A stretch of DNA of 64,000 bases from positions 124,001 through 188,000 of IMG/VR virus record IMGVR_UViG_3300031957_002643, one strand, 5' to 3'. This document shows, one piece after another, positions 19,028 through 27,958 of the stretch; the first letter of the stretch is position 1, and each line of letters opens with the position of its first letter. Below the pieces are notes generated by a model. The model was not told the DNA's origin. It saw only the letters and a program-made list of their open reading frames with translations, and did not search any database. The translations under genes and the position numbers were made by a program.

Positions 19028-19109
19028 GACTAGCCATAAGGTATCAAATCATGTACGTTTTGATTTGTCAACTGATAAGTAACATCATCAACAAAGAGGA
19101 CATTCAATT

Positions 19110-19778
19110 ATGAAACTCGAAATTAGACCCGGTGAAGGTGGTGAAGATTCTCGCCTCTTCATGAAGGACCTCGCATCAGCATACACGAAACTATTTTCCC
19201 GTTTCGGTTGAAAGTGGGACCGCACTGATCATGACAACATGATCATCCTTTATGTAACCAAGACGGACAAACGGTTGCATAATGAATCGGGCGGTCATCG
19301 TATCCAACGTATACCTCCAACTGAAAAACGTGGGCGTGTTCATACGTCAACGGTCACTGTAGCTGTGCTTGAAGACATCAAATCTGATCCAAGATATGAC
19401 ATGCGTGATGAAGAACACTTTTACAAAGAATGGTTTTCAGGAACCGGCAATGGTGGTCAACATCGCAACAAGCATCAAAACTCACTGCGATTATATCATA
19501 CACCAACGGGCTTGTTGACCACAGAACAAGGAAAAAGTCGTACATCGAATGAAGCAACCGCAATGAAGCGGATGAATAAGATGCTCGATGAGATGAAGTA
19601 TGGTGCATCTCAGAACGATTTGAACGATGATCGTCAATCAAAAATTGGTTCCGGTATGCGTGCTGACAAGATACGCACTTATCGTTTCCAAGACGATCAG
19701 GTCAATGATCACCAGACAGGAAAGAAAACAACTTGCAAACGAATTATGAGGGGGCACTTTGATGATCTTTGGAAATAA
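19110..19778 (+). CDS. Class I peptide chain release factor, RF1-type (PxT), lacking domain 1, with in-frame TGA at 19209..19211
   Basis: AGAGGA SD, then MKLEIRPGEGGEDSRLF...SRFG*KW continuing in the same frame into ESGGHRIQRIPPTEKRGRVHTST, GNGGQHRNK and KIRTYRF. Confidence 0.9.
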
Positions 19779-19786
19779 ATAGGGGT

Positions 19787-20242
19787 ATGAAGATTTTACA
19801 TTTATTCGAAAACAAATATTGGTATAACACAAAGACAAAACAATCTGTCTATTGGCGTGATCCATTGAAATATCATTCTGAATATTTAGAAACAGACCCG
19901 ACAAAATTTGGTATCGATCCAAACATATTCAAATCAGACTCAATATTCCATGATGAGGCTATGGACATGGCATTGGATATTGCATATGATAATAATTGGG
20001 TTCGGGTGGATATGGGAGCTGATTCAAATGCCGATGCTTCTTATATCGTTGGTGCCAATCAATCAGAATGCAGAACCGCCTTAAAATGGTTGGACCGCAA
20101 CGGAGACTTGAAAGGTATGGATGATGATTTGGAGGGGATACGTTTTCCGATATCCATTCAATGGTTGGACCCTTCGCTTGGTGGTAGAATGTTAAATGAT
20201 ATGACGGAAGTTGAAGAATTCATAAAAGGACGAATCAGATAA
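19787..20242 (+). CDS. Hypothetical protein (MKILHLFE N-terminus)
   Basis: ORF with ATAAATA 5 nt upstream. Confidence 0.75.
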   Translation: MKILHLFENKYWYNTKTKQSVYWRDPLKYHSEYLETDPTKFGIDPNIFKSDSIFHDEAMDMALDIAYDNNWVRVDMGADSNADASYIVGANQSECRTALKWLDRNGDLKGMDDDLEGIRFPISIQWLDPSLGGRMLNDMTEVEEFIKGRIR

Positions 20243-20279
20243 TCATTAATTTGTGTTATCTTTGGAAATAAATAGCTAC

Positions 20280-20663
20280 ATGAAACTTCAAGACCTATTC
20301 GAACGCATTGGTGAACAATTATATATCAAAAATCCTTCTTCTAGGAAACTTCAATCATATTTGAATGACAGGGCTGAAGGATTTGCTCGCGCCATTGTTG
20401 ATACTGATGGGAATTTTTACGTTTTCAATCCATATGAAATGATTCACATCGAATTCAGAAAAAGAATGGGCATCTTCATGGGTAAGGATGATCTCAGTGG
20501 AATTTCATTATATGCATTCAAAGATACCTTGGCTTGCCGATTGGACGATGTTGGTGATGAGGAGGTTCATCCCGAAATGACAAGACGTGTCAGGGCAAAC
20601 AAAAATATTGTTCGGGCTTATGGTGAAGATGTCACTTGTATCGATATTCACGGTGATCCCTGA
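20280..20663 (+). CDS. Hypothetical protein (MKLQDLFE N-terminus)
   Basis: ORF with ATAAATA 5 nt upstream. Confidence 0.75.
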   Translation: MKLQDLFERIGEQLYIKNPSSRKLQSYLNDRAEGFARAIVDTDGNFYVFNPYEMIHIEFRKRMGIFMGKDDLSGISLYAFKDTLACRLDDVGDEEVHPEMTRRVRANKNIVRAYGEDVTCIDIHGDP

Positions 20664-20998
20664 TTCAAAATTCGATCAGCAGGAACATGCGATGTTAAAA
20701 ATTCATGTTCACTGATATGCCAACTGTTGCAACAATCCTTTTTTGGGCATCGGTATATTGCTGGAATGATTTTTTCGATTTCGATTTCGATTTCCAAAAT
20801 CACGTGTGGCCAATCTGAACCTGCTTGGGTTCGAATGATGTATTCGACATCATCTGTTAGCCACACATATGGTGATTTGGGATAGTATGATAGCGGTGCG
20901 GTTAAACCATAAAAATCTGGATTGATCAATTTTGGAAAAATGCCATTTTCCAAAATTGAAGACAAATTCTCTGGTGGGGTGATATGATACAGGCGCAT
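20648..20998 (-). CDS. ADP-ribosyltransferase/Tpt1-like fold protein
   Basis: RLYHIT..NL.SIL..GI.P, VWLT, ILEI. Confidence 0.6.
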   Translation of the reverse strand: MRLYHITPPENLSSILENGIFPKLINPDFYGLTAPLSYYPKSPYVWLTDDVEYIIRTQAGSDWPHVILEIEIEIEKIIPAIYRCPKKDCCNSWHISEHEFLTSHVPADRILNQGSP

Positions 20999-21011
20999 AT
21001 TGTCTTATAAC

Positions 21012-21958
21012 TGAAGAAGCCCTCAGACACAAGGTCCAAGGGCTTCTAAAGCTTGGCCACATGCTATCCTTACAGACCCGCATGTACTCTTTTGAAAGCC
21101 TGAGATTAAGGCTTCTAACGATGACCTTTGGACCGCACCGAAGCCCTTGCGAGGCTTGTTAATCCGTTATCCACAAATTGGTGTCACCACTCAACTTGTA
21201 TTCACCAGTGCTGCCTTTTTTGAGGTGTGGCCTTTCACCTGTCACGCTGTGCTATTCGTCAGACTTTGATCCACCTGCCTTGCGAGCAGTTCGAGGTTGC
21301 AGCCCCTATGAACTCCGTTCTAACAATCATCTTTGGCTTGCGGCCTCCGATGAACCCTGTTCCTTACTAGGCAGGGTATTAAGCACTTTTCACACAACGC
21401 CGAACCAGTCTTTGCGTTTTATCTTCTGAGAAGGGGTTGAACCTTCGACAGATCGCTTTGAATGCGATTGCTCTACCACTGAGCTATCAGTAACCTACCT
21501 CGATGTGCTGGTCCTGTTGCTTCGCTACCTGTTGGTAACAAAATACAACACACCGACTGTCGTTCACCCGCTAAGGCTAATAAACCAAACTTCTGGATTA
21601 GTCATCACCACCAAAGTGATGCCGTCACCCATTGTTTTGCGAACCGCCCTTACCCGCTAAGGCTCGAACCTGTCCACTATCCGTTAACCATCACATTCAA
21701 CCGTTTAGCATGTGAATCTGCGGGTGCTAACCGCACAGGTCTCGGTGTTACCCAAACCTTCATCACCGGTCTTACTGCTTAGCGCATCCATGGCTGAATA
21801 CGCGCCCTAATAGGCTTGGCTCGGACTTGTATAGCTGAACCATTGCTGGCGCGAGTATGTAGGAATTCCCGCTTTGGGCTGGTTACCCAGCTTATTCTTA
21901 ATGGACGCTATACCGCCCAAACTCTTATTTCATTTCCCAGTGGCCGTAACCACATCGT
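21012..21958 (-). ncRNA. Large structured ncRNA, GOLLD-like, with an embedded tRNA-like domain
   Basis: ~950 nt without a credible ORF; TTTACA-17-TATATA promoter at 21994..21966; many minus-strand hairpins with GTAA/GCAA loops; 3' hairpin at about 21016..21046. Confidence 0.65.
21422..21493 (-). tRNA. tRNA-like element with UCA (opal-reading) anticodon; imperfect acceptor stem, no CCA
   Basis: TA-GCTC-AGTGGTA-GAGC, ATCGC-ATTCAAA-GCGAT, GAAGG-TTCAACC-CCTTC. Confidence 0.75.
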
Positions 21959-21975
21959 GAAAACATATATAAGGG

Positions 21976-22932
21976 TCATTTTTCAGTTTGTAAAGCGCTT
22001 TTTTCATTTTCTTCAGTTTTTTTGCGACGATCAAAATCTGCATGTCTTTTCAAATCTTCCGCAAGCTTGATGCAATCGGATGCAGACCGAATAACCTCAG
22101 ACATTTCAGTGATATAGCGAATATAATCATCCACTTCGCCATTATGCAGTGCATCACGATCCAACTTGTCAACCGGATGCCATTCCATAAAACGTTCATG
22201 ATCATACACATTACGAACCATTGCCTCAATGGGTGTTGTTCCGTGATGGTTGGTCTGATATTTCAGCGACACCAGCATTCGAATGATCTTATCGAGCCGG
22301 TCGCGATCACCACGATAGATGCGACCAGTATTCATACAATCCCATTCAGGAGAATCGAACCACAAGCCAATTTCGCGGATCAGTTCTTCACCAGTGCATT
22401 CATCGTCAGAATACGGTGCTGAAGTCTTTGCTTTGATTTCATCCATCGAAACTGGCTGTTGGGCGATCTTCAGGATTTCACCATCGATGAAATGAAGCGC
22501 CTCCTGTTCGGTTCCAAATTCGATATCATTGTCATCTTCATCTTTAGCGGTTACCCACCGTGCAGTTCGAGCCGACACATACCGAACAAGATATTTGTCA
22601 TTTGATGCGACAATACTTGCATCGAAGATTCCTTCACCGCGATATTCGAACCGGTGTTCTGCGAGCAGTGCCAGCTTTTCAGAATAGTATTCAGATGCGG
22701 CATCCGCCGTTTCAAACCACATTGTTTGACCAGTATTGTCAACCACAAGGGAATCCGGGTTGTTATTATCACCACCACGAACACGAATATTTTTGTGATT
22801 GGAAAGAAACCATGTCTTTTCTTCACCACGCCGACGACGAGAAGTGCTTTGAACAACCTTGGCATAACAAATGCCAAGATGTGTATGAACTGGTGTAGCC
22901 AGTTGGAATGAGGTCGTAAGCATCTTATCCAT
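21976..22932 (-). CDS. Hypothetical protein
   Basis: 318-aa ORF with SD. Confidence 0.75.
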   Translation of the reverse strand: MDKMLTTSFQLATPVHTHLGICYAKVVQSTSRRRRGEEKTWFLSNHKNIRVRGGDNNNPDSLVVDNTGQTMWFETADAASEYYSEKLALLAEHRFEYRGEGIFDASIVASNDKYLVRYVSARTARWVTAKDEDDNDIEFGTEQEALHFIDGEILKIAQQPVSMDEIKAKTSAPYSDDECTGEELIREIGLWFDSPEWDCMNTGRIYRGDRDRLDKIIRMLVSLKYQTNHHGTTPIEAMVRNVYDHERFMEWHPVDKLDRDALHNGEVDDYIRYITEMSEVIRSASDCIKLAEDLKRHADFDRRKKTEENEKSALQTEK

Positions 22933-23092
22933 AATTCATTCTCCTAAATGATTACATTTTATCAGTTGAAACTGAGCTTTGATTGACGCCTTTTCTACAT
23001 CAAGCAAAGCTAATTGAATTGAGAATCGGTTCGTGTAGGCTTTGAACAACCAATAACCAATAACAACACATACAGTGCTTATGATCACAATA

Positions 23093-23275
23093 CTAATCAT
23101 TGTTCGTTGCTCTATGGTGATATCCCTGACGGAAGGCAGAGATCAGGGCAGATTTGATTTGCCATACTGCCAGACCATGAAAGTCCAACTCATCGGACCC
23201 GCGAGTTTCCAGCGTTTCCACATCCAACAATTGTTTGGCAATACCTTCTGCCATTTGTTCTTCAGTTTTCATCAC
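23093..23275 (-). CDS. Small protein, DUF6900-like
   Basis: IAKQLLDVETLETRGSDELDFHGLAVWQIKSAL. Confidence 0.65.
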   Translation of the reverse strand: MMKTEEQMAEGIAKQLLDVETLETRGSDELDFHGLAVWQIKSALISAFRQGYHHRATNND

Positions 23276-23278
23276 ATC

Positions 23279-24211
23279 TTATCCTTTCACCAGTTCTTTG
23301 AACGTTGCTTCCGAAATGCGTTGACCATCAACATAGATCAGAGCAGGCCATTGGACATACGGGTTACCAAGCTTGGACGTGCCGTACTTGATATTTTGAA
23401 CAACCGTGATGACCTTGCCGGTATTCGTGGTGCCGGACAGCTTGAAGATGAAGGTGTGCGGATCGACATGATCCAGAGTGACATCATCCAGATCAACCAG
23501 CTTCAGAGCCAGCTTTTCGACAAAGGCGGTGACTTGATCTTCGGCATACTGGTTAGCCAGCTTCGTCAGACGTTCTTCATCAATTTCCATCGGCTCGGAA
23601 ATCCCGTAGGATGAAGCGCCACTGACAGGACGAAGATGATTGCGAACGAAAGACCAGCGCTTGCTGTCATACGAACCATAAGGCATGCGAGCAAGCTTGG
23701 TCCAATTGCTTTCGTACTTTTTGACCATATTTTCGAAACCGAAGCGAACTTGTTCGATATAGTCTTGGGCGATGCCCGGCTTCAGGATTTCGAATTCAGC
23801 AGCAATGTTCGTAATTTCAGAGCGTTCACGGATCACCGCTTCCTGCTGAGCTTTGGTCGGCTTCTTCACGACTTCCATATCTTTGATCTGATTGCGAAGT
23901 TCGACCAGTTTCAGGACAGTAGTGTGGCGATCCGTGTTGCCCATGAAGCAAACATCATGCTTCCGGTCACGGTACTGGTGAAGATCGAACGGGAGATCGA
24001 CCTTCTTGCGCATACCAGCATAGTAGAGATCAATGTCGTCGCCAGCAGCGGCACGGATACGATCACGCATTTCGTCTTCCGCGTCCTTGCGAATAAACGC
24101 ATAGGCACGGTTCAGGCCGTCAAGGACATTCTTCTGGGCGGACTTCGTTTCGAAGTGATCGGCTTCCAGAGCGGCGGTAGCTTGATTGATGTAATCTTGA
24201 GCGGTGCGCAT
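23279..24211 (-). CDS. Hypothetical protein
   Basis: Preceded by promoter cassette copy 2. Confidence 0.8.
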   Translation of the reverse strand: MRTAQDYINQATAALEADHFETKSAQKNVLDGLNRAYAFIRKDAEDEMRDRIRAAAGDDIDLYYAGMRKKVDLPFDLHQYRDRKHDVCFMGNTDRHTTVLKLVELRNQIKDMEVVKKPTKAQQEAVIRERSEITNIAAEFEILKPGIAQDYIEQVRFGFENMVKKYESNWTKLARMPYGSYDSKRWSFVRNHLRPVSGASSYGISEPMEIDEERLTKLANQYAEDQVTAFVEKLALKLVDLDDVTLDHVDPHTFIFKLSGTTNTGKVITVVQNIKYGTSKLGNPYVQWPALIYVDGQRISEATFKELVKG

Positions 24212-24284
24212 AATGTTCTCTCCCGTTGAACAATTATTGTTATATACGGGAGAAATGTATTTGTCAATTCATTTATGAGATATT

Positions 24285-24620
24285 TTATGTAATATCTTCA
24301 TCAATATTCATCGCCCCACCTTGTTTCTCAAAGTAATCGGCAAGCTCATTCAGATGAATCGCGATGATGCGGGCGCGAGCAGGCGAAAGAGTAACGGGTG
24401 TGATTTCAGATTCACCGGGCTTCAACATCAGTCCCAATGTGATACAATCATCCCACAAATGATCAAATCGCATGCATGGTCCAACAATAACGCGGCGGTG
24501 CTCATCATTTGGAGTAGCGCGCACAGCACGAGTGTTATATTGATAGATGTTCATTCCTGCGCGCTTCAACAATTTGTTGAGCTTACGCTGTGCCATCCAA
24601 TTTTTGATTTTCTTGAACAT
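24285..24620 (-). CDS. Hypothetical protein
   Basis: ORF in operon. Confidence 0.6.
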   Translation of the reverse strand: MFKKIKNWMAQRKLNKLLKRAGMNIYQYNTRAVRATPNDEHRRVIVGPCMRFDHLWDDCITLGLMLKPGESEITPVTLSPARARIIAIHLNELADYFEKQGGAMNIDEDIT

Positions 24621-24623
24621 AAT

Positions 24624-25055
24624 TTAATCCTCGATAATTGGTTTTGCGGTGATGTCGAACTTCACACCTTCTTTATTTGCAGTGTACATCATTTCGAACA
24701 TCGGAATTCGCATGTATTTGGAAAGAAGCTGCATGTACAGCCCCATGAACAATTCTCCATGGCCGGGATCATCGCTTCCGTTATCCATGTCCATAAGAAG
24801 TGAGTGCGTCACTTCATGGATTACTGTTTGAGTCGAAACGACCGGAGAAAGATGAATTACCGAACGGCACGCATTACCGGCCCATTTTCTCGTTTGTTTC
24901 GGAATTTCACGAACGGCAGGCGGAAATTCATATCCTTCTTCTTTCCAAATATATTCCACCAATGCGCGAGCTTGATCGAGGCTAACGAATTGCCCTTGGG
25001 GGACAAATTCATGTTGCCAGTCATAAACCCTTTGTCTTTGAAAATCCCGGCACAT
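24624..25055 (-). CDS. SprT-like zinc metallopeptidase
   Basis: VIHEVTH (HExxH) and GHGELF. Confidence 0.75.
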   Translation of the reverse strand: MCRDFQRQRVYDWQHEFVPQGQFVSLDQARALVEYIWKEEGYEFPPAVREIPKQTRKWAGNACRSVIHLSPVVSTQTVIHEVTHSLLMDMDNGSDDPGHGELFMGLYMQLLSKYMRIPMFEMMYTANKEGVKFDITAKPIIED

Positions 25056-25834
25056 CAGAGATAACCCGCAACATTATTGGAGGACGATGAAACCCCACCA
25101 TTGAGATTCATCCGAGAACCCGCACTCTTGCCTTGGACGTATGCATCATAGTTATTTGCGGAACGAGAAGCCGTGCGCGTGATCAGGCCATTCGGAGTAT
25201 TTTTGTCTTCATTGAATTCTTGTTGGACCAGTGCTTCTTTCAGAACAACGAGATCGGTGCCCGGCGTTGCCAGTTCGCGGCGACGACGCTCTTCCCGTTC
25301 GACAACTTCATCCTTCATTTCATCCAGACGGGACGTGATCCGGTCGATAAAACCACGTTGGAAACTGGTGGAGGCCCGACGACGACCACCACGTTCCATC
25401 GCAGCATCAGCGTAATCACGAGACCGCTTGAAGGCTTCGGTTTCGTTTTCCATCGTGTTGTTGATCAGGTGGTACATGTATTCCGCAATCGCAACATCTT
25501 GTTCCTGACCATAAAAATGGTAAGAAACTTCTTTCGTGCGATAGCTATTGCTGTGTCGGGATTGCCACACAATACAGTCAGCAAATCGACCAAGCGTAAC
25601 AATAATCCATTGCATGGAATTCGCAGACTTGCGGCCTGTGGGAATAGTGAGATGCTTGCACTTCTGCTCACGAAGCGAAACTTCATCCATCGTGAGATTG
25701 TATTGTTCGAGCAGATCACCGACCTTATTCATGGCGGCGATAGCTTCAGCTTCAGTACAACCACGATTGGTGGTCTTGGACATCAGGGCGCGAATACGAT
25801 CAGCAGCCTTTTGACGTTCGGTAGTGTTAGCCAT
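25055..25834 (-). CDS. DUF2786 domain protein
   Basis: RIRALMSKT...TEAEAIAAMNKVGDLLEQYNL; preceded by cassette copy 3. Confidence 0.8.
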   Translation of the reverse strand: MANTTERQKAADRIRALMSKTTNRGCTEAEAIAAMNKVGDLLEQYNLTMDEVSLREQKCKHLTIPTGRKSANSMQWIIVTLGRFADCIVWQSRHSNSYRTKEVSYHFYGQEQDVAIAEYMYHLINNTMENETEAFKRSRDYADAAMERGGRRRASTSFQRGFIDRITSRLDEMKDEVVEREERRRRELATPGTDLVVLKEALVQQEFNEDKNTPNGLITRTASRSANNYDAYVQGKSAGSRMNLNGGVSSSSNNVAGYL

Positions 25835-26075
25835 AATGTTCTCTCCCGTTGAACAATAACCTTTATATACGGAAGAAATACAGTTGTCAACTTATATATG
25901 TTTTTTATAATCAAGCCATGGCTGAATTAGGATCGCCCAAAACGTCCCAATCAACATGACAAAACCAATAAAAAGTAGTTCTGGAATGATTTCACCAATC
26001 ATTAATATCTCCTAGCTATATAAAGCTATTTAGGGCGATATTAATTTTATTTGATTATCCGTACACGGATAAGAT

Positions 26076-26151
26076 TGGCTCGGGTGGCAGGACTCGAACC
26101 TGCGACATAGGGATTAACAGTCCCCTGTTCTACCAACTGAACTACACCCGA
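26076..26151 (-). tRNA. trnN: tRNA-Asn(GTT)
   Basis: Canonical cloverleaf, CCA. Confidence 0.95.
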
Positions 26152-26165
26152 ACAGTGTAAAATTA

Positions 26166-26260
26166 TGGCTCCCATCTGAGGTATCGAACCTCACCCGCGT
26201 CTCATCAACGCAGACCTCCGGTTAACAGCCGGGTACCTTCACCGTGCCAGTCCGATGGGA
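26166..26260 (-). tRNA. trnN: tRNA-Asn(GTT) with long variable arm
   Basis: CCCGG-CTGTTAA-CCGGA, ~24-nt variable region, 7-bp acceptor, GCCA. Confidence 0.8.
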
Positions 26261-26261
26261 A

Positions 26262-26345
26262 TGGTGGGTAGAGTGAGAGTCGAACTCACGGGGCTTGCGC
26301 ATCGGTTTTACAGACCGCTCCCGCCCCCTACGGGACTACCTACCC
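26262..26345 (-). tRNA. trnY: tRNA-Tyr(GTA)
   Basis: GCGGT-CTGTAAA-ACCGA, variable arm, CCA. Confidence 0.92.
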
Positions 26346-26665
26346 ATATAGGTACAAAGATTATTCAATTTTCAAGAGAGTTGTATATTATCCGCGCCCA
26401 CGCGGATTATATCGACCGGTCACATAAGCCACAGCGGACTTCATGCCCTTCCACGCATTAGAAGCGACACCAGTGATCATGGCACGAGAAGTCGGATTGA
26501 CACCTGCTGCGAACGCAACAGCCATCATCGTTACTTCATCAATGAGTCCAAAAATGAACATTTTCGTCGTCCTTCTAATCATTCGACACAATTACTTATA
26601 GGACAAATCTCCACAGGTGTCAACACATTCGATAAATATTTTTCAGAACCACTGAAAGAACCAAA

Positions 26666-27958
26666 ATGTCTGATCCTATCAAACTGAAACTTAAAGCTAT
26701 TCTTGAATCCAATGACATTGTTCCGGGCAATGTTGAAATTTTGGGACCGGGCGAAATTGGGTCTGGTTACAAGGAAAATTTAACAGCAGAGCAGGCCAAG
26801 GAGATGCTTGAAAATTATCCTGATGGAATTCTAAAACATGATATATTGGAATTCAGTGCCTTCGTGTTTCTGACGAATAGTGGACAATTTGGTTTTTATA
26901 GTGGCGAACATGACGATAATGTTGAACCATGGGACTGGAAAACCGATCTAAATGAACTGGCTGGTTACGGCAATGATGATGGGTATGATCCTTATAATGA
27001 TTGGGCATATTTGCCATCAACCGAAATCATCGATATGACGAATGGTGGTATAGATTTTTGGAATCATCTTAAATCTATCACCTTTACTAAAAACCAACCG
27101 ATATTAGAGGCACCTGTTGCTGGACATGAAAATGTTGGTGATTTTGAAAAGTCTAGCAGTTGGAGAAAACCAGTAGATAGAAAGTTGGTTTCATCAGATG
27201 CAGGGATTCATCGTATCAAACAGGCGTTCAAGAACACCGATCAGGATTTCTATTTCTATTTTGTAAACACGCCCAAAGCAAATCGACATACCGAAGTCGG
27301 TAGCGTCTCATTGGATTGGGTTCGTGAAAACTTGGACGAAGAAGTCTACACCAAACTTGCTGCCGATATGGAAGAAGCAGAAGATTGGAATAGCATTTTT
27401 GTGATCTACACCAACAATAAGGGAACAGCATGGAGACCCATGACGCCATGGATCATGGCTCATCGATTTGGACATGCCGTTGCGCGTTATAATCTTGGTG
27501 CTAGATCACAGAGACAATTTCCTGCATATGGTGAATTTAACCGGTCGGTTAACACAATGGTTGAAGAATTATTGCACATTGGTTTTGATATCAATTTTGA
27601 TGCAACCAAAATTGAAAATTTTTGGGGTAATGATAATTCCGTCCGAAGAACACAATTGATGTTCAAAAACTTTTGCCAAGCGCATCTGACTTTCAAATCA
27701 GCTAGGGACAAAAATTTGAGAGAATGGTTCGAAGTCTATAATGAACTCATCGCTCAATCACTGATAACAGGTGCAACACCAATCAAAACAGAACCACAAC
27801 CATTCAAGATGGGCAACTCAGTCATGAAGCCAAAGGAAATGTCATCTGAGGAAAAAGATGATTTCAGAAACATGGCTGAAATGTATGCAAGGGATATCAA
27901 TGACTACTATATCCATGACATTCTGACGAGTGCCGTTGGAAGAATTTTGGTAATGTAA
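26666..27958 (+). CDS. Hypothetical, probably virion-associated protein
   Basis: 430-aa ORF, ATAAATA upstream, internal ILEAPV. Confidence 0.8.
   Translation: MSDPIKLKLKAILESNDIVPGNVEILGPGEIGSGYKENLTAEQAKEMLENYPDGILKHDILEFSAFVFLTNSGQFGFYSGEHDDNVEPWDWKTDLNELAGYGNDDGYDPYNDWAYLPSTEIIDMTNGGIDFWNHLKSITFTKNQPILEAPVAGHENVGDFEKSSSWRKPVDRKLVSSDAGIHRIKQAFKNTDQDFYFYFVNTPKANRHTEVGSVSLDWVRENLDEEVYTKLAADMEEAEDWNSIFVIYTNNKGTAWRPMTPWIMAHRFGHAVARYNLGARSQRQFPAYGEFNRSVNTMVEELLHIGFDINFDATKIENFWGNDNSVRRTQLMFKNFCQAHLTFKSARDKNLREWFEVYNELIAQSLITGATPIKTEPQPFKMGNSVMKPKEMSSEEKDDFRNMAEMYARDINDYYIHDILTSAVGRILVM

Noticed and set aside
19209-19211. Genome-wide UGA-to-Trp reassignment
   Set aside because: Several genes end in TGA with coupled downstream starts (e.g. 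4034, 46419, 51273), long genes are intact in code 11, and TGG is used for Trp
19200-19215. prfB-type +1 frameshift
   Set aside because: The upstream and downstream parts are in the same frame, and there is no CTT-TGA-C site
21167-21175. Perfect DnaA box TTATCCACA as a replication origin
   Set aside because: Single copy inside the structured RNA, with no box cluster or AT-rich unwinding element
21422-21493. Selenocysteine tRNA
   Set aside because: No long variable arm or extended acceptor stem; no selA/selB genes in the window
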